Below are positions 38,451 to 48,227 of a DNA stretch of 57,094 bases, piece by piece. Position 1 is the first letter of the stretch. Every line of letters begins with the position of its first letter. The DNA lies in assembly GCA_964430745.1 (NCBI GenBank), contig CAYSHI010000063.1, positions 1 to 57,094 on the forward strand, written 5' to 3'. This stretch comes from an uncultured Acidobacteriota bacterium (GTDB lineage: Bacteria > Acidobacteriota > UBA890). The notes under the pieces are model-generated. The model saw nothing but the letters and a program-made list of their open reading frames with translations, ran no database searches and had not been told where the DNA came from. The position numbers and the translations under genes were made by a program.

Positions 38451-40193
38451 ATGGGCACCAGGGGCCGGGGCCGCGTGGGGTCCGCGTCGCTCGCGGTGCT
38501 GTTGGCACTCCTCGTATCCCTGGCCGCGTCGTCGACGGGCCTTGCCGCACAGGGCGGTCGCTCGTTCTGGATCGAGGACTTCGACGCCACCATCCTCGTC
38601 GACGGTGACGGGGGCATCGACGTCACGGAGGTCATCCGGTTCTATTTCGACGGTTCGTTTAACGGAATCTTCCGGGACATCCCCGTACGCTACAGCGACA
38701 ACCTGGGCTTCAACTACAAGCTGCGACTGACGGTCGTATCGGTCACCGATTCGGAGGGCGAACCCCTTCGCTATGAGCTCGGCAACGCCGGCGGCGGCCG
38801 TCGCCGCATCACCGCCTGGGTGCCGGGGGCGCAGGATGCGGCGCGCACGGTGAGAATCAGCTACCGCGTCAGGCGCGCCTTGCGTTTTTTCCCGGAACAC
38901 GACGAGCTCTACTGGAACGTCACCGGCACGGAATGGGGCGTTCCGATCAAGCGGGTCTCCGCGAACATCGTCTTGCCGGCGACCTTGGAGGTGACCCCGC
39001 GGGTGACGGCCTTCGTGGGCCGCTATGGGACCCGATCCGACGACTGGAGATCCACCTCCCGGTCTCCGCGCGAGGTCAGCATCGAAACCACACGCGAGCT
39101 CGACTTCGGTGAGGGGCTCTCCGTCGTCGTCGGCTGGCAGAAAGGCATCGTGCCGGAACCGGGAATGATGCAGCGCGCGGGCTGGCTGCTGAGTGATAAC
39201 TGGGGCCTCCTCATTCCGTTCGGCGTCTTCGGGCTCATGTTCCTCCTCTGGCGCCGCTACGGGCGCGACCCCGAGATCGGTCGCTCGATCATGCCCGTCT
39301 ACCATCCACCGAAGAGCCTGTCGCCGGCGGAAGTAGGTACGCTGGTTGACGAGCGGGTCGATCAGCGCGACGTCGTGGCCACGGTCGTGGACCTCGCCGT
39401 GCGCGGCTATCTCCGCATCGAGGAAAGCGTCGAGGACGGTTGGTTCACCGACACGACGATCACCACGTTCCGCAAGCTCAAGCAGCCGGGAGGTGAGCTC
39501 AAGGCTCACGAGCGGGAAGTCTTCGACGGGATTTTCGAGAAAGGTGACACCGTCACACTCGAGGACCTGGAGAACGAGTTCTACGAGCGGTTGGGAACGA
39601 TTCAGGGGCAGGTCTACAGCAGTCTGGTGGAGGCCGGCTACTTCAATTTCTCGCCGCAAACGGTGCGCCGCGTCTGGGTGGGTGTCGGCGTTGCGGTGAT
39701 CGTGCTCGGCGTTCTTCTCGCCGTCGTCCTGGAAAGCGTCGGCAGCGCCGTCGCCGGCGCGGCTTCGGGCCTGATCGTCGTGGTGTTTGCCTGGTTCATG
39801 CCGGCGCGAACACGCGCGGGGCGCCACGAATGGGTCGCGATCAAAGGGTTCGAGGAATTCCTCGGCCGGACAGAGGGAGAGCGTTTGCGCGAGATGGCGG
39901 TCGACCCCGGCAAGTTCGAGGTCTTTCTTCCCTTCGCCATGGCGTTGGGTGTCGCGGAGCAGTGGGGGCGCGCTTTCGAGGGCATGCTCAAACAGGCGCC
40001 GCACTGGTATGTCGGACCGCACGTCGGGCACTTCTCCCCCTCCGGCTTCACGCAACGGATGAACAGCGTGCAGAATTCCATGGGCACCGCAATGACCACC
40101 GCGCCGCGTAGCTCCAGCGGCAGCAGCGGCTTCTCCGGTGGCAGCGGGTTTTCCGGCGGTGGCTTCGGCGGCGGCGGCGGCGGCGCCTTCTGA
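38451..40193 (+). CDS. DUF2207-domain membrane protein (usual LemA partner)
   Basis: A signal peptide is followed by FWIEDFDATILVDGDGGIDVTEVIRFYFDGSFNGIFRDIP, central TM helices and a Gly-rich tail GGSGFSGGGFGGGGGGAF. The ATG at 38451 is the likely start; the ORF is open from GTG 38385. Confidence 0.85.
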   Translation: MGTRGRGRVGSASLAVLLALLVSLAASSTGLAAQGGRSFWIEDFDATILVDGDGGIDVTEVIRFYFDGSFNGIFRDIPVRYSDNLGFNYKLRLTVVSVTDSEGEPLRYELGNAGGGRRRITAWVPGAQDAARTVRISYRVRRALRFFPEHDELYWNVTGTEWGVPIKRVSANIVLPATLEVTPRVTAFVGRYGTRSDDWRSTSRSPREVSIETTRELDFGEGLSVVVGWQKGIVPEPGMMQRAGWLLSDNWGLLIPFGVFGLMFLLWRRYGRDPEIGRSIMPVYHPPKSLSPAEVGTLVDERVDQRDVVATVVDLAVRGYLRIEESVEDGWFTDTTITTFRKLKQPGGELKAHEREVFDGIFEKGDTVTLEDLENEFYERLGTIQGQVYSSLVEAGYFNFSPQTVRRVWVGVGVAVIVLGVLLAVVLESVGSAVAGAASGLIVVVFAWFMPARTRAGRHEWVAIKGFEEFLGRTEGERLREMAVDPGKFEVFLPFAMALGVAEQWGRAFEGMLKQAPHWYVGPHVGHFSPSGFTQRMNSVQNSMGTAMTTAPRSSSGSSGFSGGSGFSGGGFGGGGGGAF

Positions 40194-40195
40194 CC

Positions 40196-41389
40196 TCAGC
40201 CGGCCCGCGGTGGCAGCGCCCAGGCGAGCACCGCGCCGACGAGCGGCAACGCGCCCACGAACGCGAGCGAAGGCCCGAGGCCGTAGATGTCGGCCATCCG
40301 TCCGAACACCGGTCCCAGCAACCCGCCGATACCCCACGCGAAGCCCATCAGGAGCGACGAGACGGCGCTCCGATACTGCGGTACCCACGACTGGGCCAGC
40401 ACGACCGTGAGGGGGTTGGAAAGAAGCAGGACGAAGAACGCCGCGCTCAGAACGGCGACGCGAGGAACGATCTGCGGGATCATGAACGCCCCCAGGAACA
40501 AGGGAAGCGAGCCGATCATCGAAAGTCGGATAATGGCTCGCTCGCCGAAGCGATCTCCCAATATGCCTCCGGTCAGGCTGCCCATCGAGCCCACCGCCAG
40601 AAAGGCGCTCAACGCGGTCCCGGCCTCCGCGACGCCCAATCCGGCGTCGAGCAGGTGCAGCGGCAGAAAGCCCACGAAGGTCAGCTGCACGGTGCCGCGC
40701 ACGACAACGAAGACGTACATCAGCAACAGGGGCTTCCACTGGGCGAGGAGGGCGCGCTGCACGCCGCCCCGAAGCCGCTCGGGCACGTGCACCCGGGCGG
40801 GAGCCATCGGTATCAAGAAGATGGTGGTAATCAGCCCGGGGATCGCGACGCGCCACAATCCCTCCCAACCCCAGATCGCGTAGGCCCCCGCCAGCAACGC
40901 CGGTCCGATGGCGAATCCCATGTTGCCGGCGCCGATGAACAGCGCCATGGCCAGGCTCGGCCGCCGCGGAAGCGTGTCGGCCGCCTGCGCGGCCCCCTGC
41001 GGGTGGTACGCGGCGACGCCCATGCCTGCGACGAAGAGGCAGGCCAGCATGGCGGGATATGAGCCGACGAGCGGCACCGCTCCCAGCCCGAGCGCCGCGA
41101 GTCCGGGGGCCAGGATGATGACGATCGACGACCTCAGCCTGTCGGACAGGAAGCCGTAGACCGGCTGCATGACGGAGGCGGAGAACGCGAACATGGCGGC
41201 GCCGCCCCCGACCTGCATGAAGCTGAGACCGAAGCGCTCCCGCAGGATGGCGAGGATCGGAGCATACGCGCTCGAGTATGCGTCGATGACGATGTGGCCG
41301 GCCGACAGCACGACAAGGGCCCCGAAGCCGCCGGCGGCGATACGAAGTGGAAACGCCCGCTGCCGAGCGCCTGCGTCAGGATGGTTCAT
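40196..41389 (-). CDS. MFS transporter
   Basis: The product is 397 aa with about 12 hydrophobic helices and an MFS-type loop (GFLSDRLR). Confidence 0.85.
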   Translation of the reverse strand: MNHPDAGARQRAFPLRIAAGGFGALVVLSAGHIVIDAYSSAYAPILAILRERFGLSFMQVGGGAAMFAFSASVMQPVYGFLSDRLRSSIVIILAPGLAALGLGAVPLVGSYPAMLACLFVAGMGVAAYHPQGAAQAADTLPRRPSLAMALFIGAGNMGFAIGPALLAGAYAIWGWEGLWRVAIPGLITTIFLIPMAPARVHVPERLRGGVQRALLAQWKPLLLMYVFVVVRGTVQLTFVGFLPLHLLDAGLGVAEAGTALSAFLAVGSMGSLTGGILGDRFGERAIIRLSMIGSLPLFLGAFMIPQIVPRVAVLSAAFFVLLLSNPLTVVLAQSWVPQYRSAVSSLLMGFAWGIGGLLGPVFGRMADIYGLGPSLAFVGALPLVGAVLAWALPPRAG

Positions 41390-41574
41390 AGCTCACGGAA
41401 GGATGTCCGCTGCCGGCGTTGCAGGACTCGATCGCCGGGCGCCGCCCCTGCGCACCGACTTGAGGATACGGGTGCCACCTCTATAATCCGGCAGCATACA
41501 CGCACGGCCGTCGCCTCGCGTGTGCCCGCGGGCGCGTCGCAGCGGGGGCTGGCCCCCGGGGCACAACGGGTACC

Positions 41575-42477
41575 ATGGGGCGCAGCGAGACGGCGGCCGG
41601 CTCGGCGCGGAGACTGATCGTGAGAATCGGGCCCTACACGGTGGAGAGCATTGTCGACGGAACATTCGGCCTCGACGGCGGCGCCATGTTCGGCATTGTG
41701 CCGCGCCCGCTGTGGCAACGAACCAACCCTGCGGACGAACGCAACCGCATCGCCCTCGCGGCCCGTTGCCTGCTGATCCGCGGTAACGGCCTTTGCGTCG
41801 TGGTGGAAACCGGTATCGGCGACAAGTTCGACGACAAGCGTGCCGATATCTTCGATGTCCGACATCCTCGCGGATTGCTGCGGGCGCAGCTTGCTGAGCG
41901 CGGCCTAGCCGCGGAGGACGTAACGGACGTGGTACTCACGCACCTGCACTTCGATCATTGCGGCGGTACCACGAGGCGAAGCGGAGATCGGCTCGAGCTA
42001 TCGTTTCCCCGCGCCACGCACCATGTGCAGCGACGCCAGTGGGAATGGGCGCTGGCGCCGAGCGGCAAGGACGCGGGTTCGTACCGGAGCGACGATTTCG
42101 GCATTCTCGCCGACGATGATCGCCTTCACTTGCTCGACGACGACGGCGAGCTGTTCGACGGCATCAGCGTCCATACGGCCGAAGGACACACTCCCGGGAT
42201 GCAGCTCCTGCGCGTACGAGCCGCCGGCGCGGGACTGCTGTTCTGCGCCGATCTCGTGCCTACGCGCACCCATCTTCGCTGGCCGTACATCATGGCGTAC
42301 GACAACCTGCCGCTCGTGACCCTCGCCGAAAAGCGCCGCTGGCTGCCGCTCTCCGCCGACAACGGTGACGTCGTCGTCTTCGGACACGATCCGGTCTGCG
42401 ACGCCGCCGTGCTGCGGCGTGACCAAGACAACGTCGTGGTTGAGCAGGAGGTCGACCTCGGCGGGGCGCGGACGTAG
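41575..42477 (+). CDS. MBL-fold metallo-hydrolase
   Basis: Contains THLHFDHCGG (HxHxDH). The exact start is uncertain. Confidence 0.8.
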   Translation: MGRSETAAGSARRLIVRIGPYTVESIVDGTFGLDGGAMFGIVPRPLWQRTNPADERNRIALAARCLLIRGNGLCVVVETGIGDKFDDKRADIFDVRHPRGLLRAQLAERGLAAEDVTDVVLTHLHFDHCGGTTRRSGDRLELSFPRATHHVQRRQWEWALAPSGKDAGSYRSDDFGILADDDRLHLLDDDGELFDGISVHTAEGHTPGMQLLRVRAAGAGLLFCADLVPTRTHLRWPYIMAYDNLPLVTLAEKRRWLPLSADNGDVVVFGHDPVCDAAVLRRDQDNVVVEQEVDLGGART

Positions 42478-42552
42478 CTCATCAGTGCGAGACCTCGATG
42501 CGCCGGCGAAACCTGGTGTCGCTCGGCCGGGGCGCGGCACGACCGGCAATCG

Positions 42553-43650
42553 TCAGTGCTGGGTCCCGGACTCGACCGTGAACGGAAGCCGCTCCGCGAT
42601 GACCGCCTGGGCGCTGGGGCGCGCCGCGCTCGGGTAGTGAAAGAGATCGAGATAGAGCTGCAGGTCGGACACCACGCGCAATCCCTCGGCCCGGTGCATT
42701 CCGAAGAACGCGGCGTGCGTATAGGTGGGGGCGACGAGGAAACAGTTGGCGTCGTACCCGGCCGGGCGCAGTTGCAGCGCATTCGACCACAGGTCCAGAG
42801 CGGCGTCCTTGTCGCGCGCGAGGTCCGGAAGGTAGACGTGCAGCTGTGTGGGCTCGCGGTCACCGTTGAGCGCCGCGACAGCCGCTTCGAGTGTCAGCGC
42901 GTAGCGCTCGAACAACGGTGGTTGCAGCGTGCGCAGGAGCTGCAGGGTGTCCGACACGTGGTCCTCGCGCATGCGGAAGGGGAAAACCGCATTGTGCTCG
43001 AAGGCATACTGCCGCAGCCACTCTCCGACGAGTCGAGGCGGGTCGATGACGCGGGTACCTCCCCCTCGCCGTCGTTCGACATGTCCCTCGGCGTGCAGCT
43101 GCTGCAGGATCTGGGAGACCCAGCCGAGACTCAGCCCTCCCCGCTCGGCGATATTGCGTGTGGTCATCAGCTCGCCGGGATTCTCCAGCAGGACGCGCAG
43201 CGGAATCGTCGCCTTGTCGTTGAACAGCGTTCGCGGCCGCTTCGGCGACGTGAACTTGTTGCGGTTGCCCGAGATCTGCACCACGACCTGGTTGAACCGC
43301 AGGTAGCTGTTGCCGCAGCAATCGATGAAACCGACGCCCGCCTCCCGGCAGACCTTGAGGCCGCTGGCGCCCATATGAGGGACCACCAACCCCGCCCAGG
43401 TGTTCCGCTTTCGCGAGAGCTCGCGCAGCCGCGGCAGCAGTCCGCGTACCAAACGCGGTTCGCCGGAAGCCAGGGGCAAGAGCACAAGCCGGGTCACCGG
43501 GTCTCCGTCGTGGACGTCGATCTGCACCAGGCTGTCGTCCTCGGCGCTGAGGCCGACGCGGGTGTGCGCGACCAGCAGCTCCGGAACGAGCTGCTTCCAG
43601 TTCTTCAGGACGAACGATCGAACGTCCGCCGCTGTTCGCAGGGAAGTCAC
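42553..43650 (-). CDS. hypothetical protein with a central winged-helix domain and an AbiEi-antitoxin-like C-terminal region
   Basis: The wHTH-like block reads MTTRNIAERGGLSLGWVSQILQQLHAEGHVERRR. The C-terminus RVVSDLQLYLDLFHYP resembles AbiEi-family tails. The GTG start overlaps the aminoacylase stop (GTGA). Confidence 0.5.
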   Translation of the reverse strand: MTSLRTAADVRSFVLKNWKQLVPELLVAHTRVGLSAEDDSLVQIDVHDGDPVTRLVLLPLASGEPRLVRGLLPRLRELSRKRNTWAGLVVPHMGASGLKVCREAGVGFIDCCGNSYLRFNQVVVQISGNRNKFTSPKRPRTLFNDKATIPLRVLLENPGELMTTRNIAERGGLSLGWVSQILQQLHAEGHVERRRGGGTRVIDPPRLVGEWLRQYAFEHNAVFPFRMREDHVSDTLQLLRTLQPPLFERYALTLEAAVAALNGDREPTQLHVYLPDLARDKDAALDLWSNALQLRPAGYDANCFLVAPTYTHAAFFGMHRAEGLRVVSDLQLYLDLFHYPSAARPSAQAVIAERLPFTVESGTQH

Positions 43651-45473
43651 GGGGATGAGACCTTCAGCGGTTCGGGAAAGCCGGTACGACGACGGACGAG
43701 CTCGTCACCCTGCAGGACGCGACCATGGAGCTTTCCGGTAGGTCGTCCGTCCCGCAGCGCGAACTCGCCGTTGATCAACACCAGTTCCACCCCCGTGCTG
43801 AAGCGGTGCGGGTCCATGGCGGTGGCATGGTCGCCGACGTCTCGCGCATCGATAACGACAACGTCGGCGGCGAAGCCCTCGCGTAGCTGGCCCCGCCGCG
43901 AAAGGCCGGCGATTTGCGCGGGCAACGACGTTGAGGAGCGTATCGCCTTGGCCAGCGTGATGACGCCACCGTCGAGAGCGTAGCGGCGCAGCTTGCGAGG
44001 GTACGTTCCATAGAACCGGGGGTGCGGAAAACCCTGGCCCAGCAGAGCGATACCGGCATCCGTCGAGGTGGCGGTAAATTCCTGAGCCATGTAGTGCTCG
44101 ACGTCGCGCTCGTCGAGTGAGAAACCGCGGATGCGGGCGCCGCCCGGTCGATCCAGCCCCTCCGACTGCAGCATGATGGCTATGTCGATGACGCTCTCTC
44201 CCTGAAGGTCGGCGACGTCCGACAGGTTGAGGCCGACGAACTCGGGGTTGTGCGACTCCAGGATCAACAGCTTCTCGGCACCGCCGCGCCGCCGAATCTC
44301 GTGGGCAATGTCGTTGCGGATACGTTGCGTCGCCTCGGGCTCCTGGAGGCGCTGAAGAAACGCCTGCCGCCGGGGCTCAAACTCCGCTGTGCGGCGTCCG
44401 CCCGCGGCGGCCGGAAGATCTTCCGGGTCGAGGGCCCAGGCTGGGATCAGCACGGTGTTTCCGTCTGTCCCGGTGGTGGTGTACGGGTACTGGTCGGCAT
44501 AGGCCTGCACGCCGCGGGAGCGGGCCTCCGCAATCAATCGGGTAACCGTCGGGGCCGTGCCCCAGTAGTCGGCTCCCTTGACCTTGATGTGGCTCGCGAC
44601 AACGGGCATCCCCGTCGCCTCGCCGATGCGGATCGTCTCGAGCACGGCATCCAGCAGGTCGGGAGGCCGGCCGCCCATGCTCGGCAGCCACCACATCGGC
44701 GTGCGCCCCTCGCTGCGTTCGTGGCTGATGTAGAAACCGCCGTACTCTGCGGCTACCTTGGCCAGCTCGACGACCTCGTCGGTGACGCTGAACCGGCCCG
44801 GGTTGTACTCCAATCCCGACGACAGGCCGGCGGCGCCCTCCTCCATGGCCTGACGCACGAGCGCGGCCATCTGCTCGATCTCTTCGGTCGTGGCCTCACG
44901 TTGCTCGCGTCCCATGACCTGCTGACGGATGGTGCCGTGGCCGACGAGTTGAACGACGTTGAGACCGATCCCCTGCGCGCGGTAAAGCTCGGCGCGTTCG
45001 CCCACGGGGCACTGGCAGCGCCCGTCCTGCCCCACGACCACGGTGGTGATCCCTTGCGTGACGAGATTCGGCGCCGCGGCGGCGTCCGGGTTGGCCAGGC
45101 TGATGCGGCCCTCGTCCGCGTGGCTGTGAATGTCGATGAAACCCGGAACGACGAGGCGGCCGGACGCGTCGATCACGGTCGGGGCGCGCGCCGCGGAAAG
45201 GTCGCCGACGGCGGCGATGACGTCGCCGCGGATGCCGATATCGGCAACGAACCACGGGTTGCCGGTGCCGTCGAATACGCGGCCGCCGACGACGAGCACG
45301 TCGAAAGACGGTGCAGCCTGGCTGTCACCTGCGGGCGTATCGATGGTCGAAGGCAGTGCAGCCCCGTTTGCGGCCGAGCCGCAGATCAACAGCACGAGAA
45401 GGGGCCACGCGGGTGCAAGCTTACGGACCGCCGGGCGCACGTCGGCGGTGAGCCGCGTCGAACAACGTCGCAT
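43647..45473 (-). CDS. N-acyl-D-amino-acid deacylase (D-aminoacylase, amidohydrolase superfamily)
   Basis: VVGGRVFDGTGNPWFVADIGIRGDVIAAVGDL...VVPGFIDIHSHAD, with a signal-like N-terminus. The ATG at 45473 overlaps the upstream stop (TGATG). Confidence 0.85.
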   Translation of the reverse strand: MRRCSTRLTADVRPAVRKLAPAWPLLVLLICGSAANGAALPSTIDTPAGDSQAAPSFDVLVVGGRVFDGTGNPWFVADIGIRGDVIAAVGDLSAARAPTVIDASGRLVVPGFIDIHSHADEGRISLANPDAAAAPNLVTQGITTVVVGQDGRCQCPVGERAELYRAQGIGLNVVQLVGHGTIRQQVMGREQREATTEEIEQMAALVRQAMEEGAAGLSSGLEYNPGRFSVTDEVVELAKVAAEYGGFYISHERSEGRTPMWWLPSMGGRPPDLLDAVLETIRIGEATGMPVVASHIKVKGADYWGTAPTVTRLIAEARSRGVQAYADQYPYTTTGTDGNTVLIPAWALDPEDLPAAAGGRRTAEFEPRRQAFLQRLQEPEATQRIRNDIAHEIRRRGGAEKLLILESHNPEFVGLNLSDVADLQGESVIDIAIMLQSEGLDRPGGARIRGFSLDERDVEHYMAQEFTATSTDAGIALLGQGFPHPRFYGTYPRKLRRYALDGGVITLAKAIRSSTSLPAQIAGLSRRGQLREGFAADVVVIDARDVGDHATAMDPHRFSTGVELVLINGEFALRDGRPTGKLHGRVLQGDELVRRRTGFPEPLKVSSP

Positions 45474-45886
45474 CAATACGGCTCCGAGATGATTTCCCAC
45501 CGGTAGCTGAAGGTGACCACTTCGGCCGCGACGTCGTAGTTGATCGAACCCTGCTGGCTGATCGGCATGGTCTGCCCCGGCTCGACGGTGACGATGACGA
45601 AGTCGAGGGGGTTCCCCTGGGGGTCGCGATTCTTCGCATTGTCGTCGTCATCCAGGAGATCGAGGATGATGCGAAGGCGAAGCGGGCGGACGTCGTCGTT
45701 GCGGACATCCAAGGTCCACTCGAAGGTGGCGAACTCTTCGACGACATCGAGCCACACGAAGTCCTCGTGATCGAGACGAACCGGGGCTCCCGTCCCCTGG
45801 GCGAACGCACCTCCGGGCCACATGACGGCCAGCATCAGCGCGCAGCTCATCAACACGATGCGGGCGACGGATCTCGGGGAGCGCAC
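45473..45886 (-). CDS. small secreted hypothetical protein
   Basis: The signal peptide ends AFAQG. The product is 137 aa, acidic, and carries no recognised domain. It is translationally coupled to the aminoacylase. Confidence 0.55.
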   Translation of the reverse strand: MRSPRSVARIVLMSCALMLAVMWPGGAFAQGTGAPVRLDHEDFVWLDVVEEFATFEWTLDVRNDDVRPLRLRIILDLLDDDDNAKNRDPQGNPLDFVIVTVEPGQTMPISQQGSINYDVAAEVVTFSYRWEIISEPY

Positions 45887-46036
45887 GTCGGTCCTCCTGT
45901 GGCCGGCTTCGGGGAAACGGAAGATGGTGTCCTCGTGGCTCGTTATGCTAGCAACTCGGCGAGAGGGCGGTCAAAGCGAAGCGAGCGGCGGGCCTCCGGT
46001 TCGTATTGCCAGGCCGGGCGCCTCGCGTCAAGCCGC

Positions 46037-48184
46037 TCAATCGTCGACCCACGGCTCGCCGACAGGTTCGTCATCGTCCCAAACCGGGTCGATATTGGGG
46101 TCGAAGTCCCCCTGCCCTGCCCGGCGACCGGCCTTCGATCGGGACGCAACGGAATCGATGCCCTCCACCGGCTCTTCCTCGAGTTGCCACGTTTCGTAGA
46201 GATGTTCGGGCAATTCCTGGAGGAATCGCGATGGCTGCTGCACGACCGACGCCCCATACCCGCCGGGGCGAATGATCGGATAGCTCAGGTACAGCTCGTC
46301 GCGGGCACGGGTCATGGCGACGTAGAAGATGCGACGCTCCTCCTCTTCCCCGCCGGCTTCGTCGAGCGCGCGCGGACTGGGGAAGAAGCCCTCGAGCAGG
46401 TGCAGGATGAACACCGTGTGCCACTCGAGGCCCTTGGCCTGGTGCACCGTCGAGAGGACCACGGATGAGTCGTCATCGTCGGACCCGCCGCCGTCGACGT
46501 CCTGACCGTAAAGCTCGCCGAGCAACAGAAGCTCCTCGAGCAGCGCGTGAAGAGAGTCGTATTGCCCGGCGAAGATGGCGAGCTGCTGCAGGTCTTCGAT
46601 GCGCGACTCGGCGTTGTCGAACTTCGCCAAGGCGTAGTCCTCGTAGCATGACTCCAGTACGGCGCGAATCGCGGTCTCCGGATCGGCCTCCGCTTCGAGA
46701 GCCTCCCTTAGCGTTCCCACGAAGCTCTCCCACCCGGGCCGGGCTTTTGCGGACAGCAAGCCGAGCACGTCCCCGCCGCCGAGCGCTGCCACCAGCTCGC
46801 CGGCGTCAGCCGCGTCTCCCTTGACGACTCGCCAGACCCGCTCCGCGGTGACGTTGCCGATGCCGGGCTGCAGCAGAAGGACGCGCCGGAAGGCGACCTC
46901 GTCGCGAGGGTTCTCCAGTACTCGAAGGTGAGCGACGACGTCCTTGATATGGGCCTGCTCGAAAAACCGCAGCCCCCCCCGCACCTCGTACGGAATGTCG
47001 TATCGCAGCAACGTCGTCTCCACCGAGAGGCGGTGAGCATGGGCGCGGTACAAGACAGCGATGTCGGCGAGATCGACACCTTCATCGCGAAGCTGGAGGA
47101 TCCGCTCGGCGACGAAAGCAGCTTCTTGGTCCGGGTAGCTGCAGGGAATCACCGCCGGCAGCATGCCCTCGCCCCGCCGGGCCCGCAGCGTCTTTTCGTA
47201 CTGCTCTTCGTTGCAACGGATACTGGCGTTGGCGAGACTGAGGATTTGCGGCGTGCTGCGGTAGTTGGTTTCGAGACGAAATATCCGGGTGCCGGGATTG
47301 CGCTCCGGGAACCGCAGGATGTTGTCGTAGTTGGCGCCGCGAAAGGCGTAAATGCTCTGAGAGTCGTCGCCGACGACCATCAGGTTACCGCTCTTGCCGC
47401 TGCCCTCGTCGGGGCCGGCGAGAGCTTCGACGATCTCGGCCTGGACCACGTTGGTGTCCTGGTACTCGTCGACGAGAACATGCGAAAACGCCTCGCGGTA
47501 ACGGGCGCGAAGATCTTCATGTTCCTGCAAGAGCTGCAGCCACCGATTGAGCAGGTCGTCGTAGTCCATGGCGTTGGCCGCCCGCTTTCGGGCGCGGTAG
47601 CGCTCCGCCACCTCATGGATGGTCTCGGACCAGTCCTGAAAGCGCGCGTAGCGCTCGGCAATGAGGTCTTCGAGAGGTTGGCGGGTGTTGGCCTGCAGCG
47701 AGAACAACCCGGCGAGCACCCGCGGAGACGGAAACCGCTTCTGTTCGACCGGCACGGACAAATCCGTCGTGCACAGTCGCAACAGGTCGCGTTGATCCGC
47801 CTCGTCGAGAATGGAGAAGTTCTCGTTGTATCCCAATGCCGCCGCGTGCCGCCTGAGGAGGCGGGCGCCAACGGAATGAAACGTCCCTCCCCACAGGCGA
47901 TGAGGCTCGAGTCGGGTGATCTCGGCGACGCGAGACAACATCTCGCGCGCCGCCTTGTTGGTGAAGGTCACCAGGAGGATGCTGTCCGGTCGTGCGCCCT
48001 GGTCCAGCAGGTACGCCACCCTGTAGGTGAGCGTGCGCGTCTTCCCCGAACCGGCTCCGGCAATGACCAGCTTCGGGCCTTCGCCGCTGCTGACAACGGC
48101 GAATTGCTGGCTGTTGAGATCGCGCTCGAAGTCGATCTCGACGCCGGCGTGCGCTCTCTGCGGCAGGACGAATCGTCGGCTCAT
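46037..48184 (-). CDS. ATP-dependent DNA helicase, UvrD/PcrA/Rep family
   Basis: Walker A reads AGAGSGKTRTLTYRVAYL. Also present are DEYQDTN and VHQAKGLEW...YVAMTRA. The product is 715 aa. Confidence 0.92.
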   Translation of the reverse strand: MSRRFVLPQRAHAGVEIDFERDLNSQQFAVVSSGEGPKLVIAGAGSGKTRTLTYRVAYLLDQGARPDSILLVTFTNKAAREMLSRVAEITRLEPHRLWGGTFHSVGARLLRRHAAALGYNENFSILDEADQRDLLRLCTTDLSVPVEQKRFPSPRVLAGLFSLQANTRQPLEDLIAERYARFQDWSETIHEVAERYRARKRAANAMDYDDLLNRWLQLLQEHEDLRARYREAFSHVLVDEYQDTNVVQAEIVEALAGPDEGSGKSGNLMVVGDDSQSIYAFRGANYDNILRFPERNPGTRIFRLETNYRSTPQILSLANASIRCNEEQYEKTLRARRGEGMLPAVIPCSYPDQEAAFVAERILQLRDEGVDLADIAVLYRAHAHRLSVETTLLRYDIPYEVRGGLRFFEQAHIKDVVAHLRVLENPRDEVAFRRVLLLQPGIGNVTAERVWRVVKGDAADAGELVAALGGGDVLGLLSAKARPGWESFVGTLREALEAEADPETAIRAVLESCYEDYALAKFDNAESRIEDLQQLAIFAGQYDSLHALLEELLLLGELYGQDVDGGGSDDDDSSVVLSTVHQAKGLEWHTVFILHLLEGFFPSPRALDEAGGEEEERRIFYVAMTRARDELYLSYPIIRPGGYGASVVQQPSRFLQELPEHLYETWQLEEEPVEGIDSVASRSKAGRRAGQGDFDPNIDPVWDDDEPVGEPWVDD

Positions 48185-48227
48185 TGGGCGAGCGTCTCGC
48201 TGGCGAGAAACCGACCCATCGCGCCCG

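Noticed and set aside
46037-48184. UvrD-family helicase as part of a defence system.
   Set aside because: It is a full-length canonical UvrD/PcrA with all helicase motifs. No nuclease, ATPase or unknown partner gene is coupled to it.
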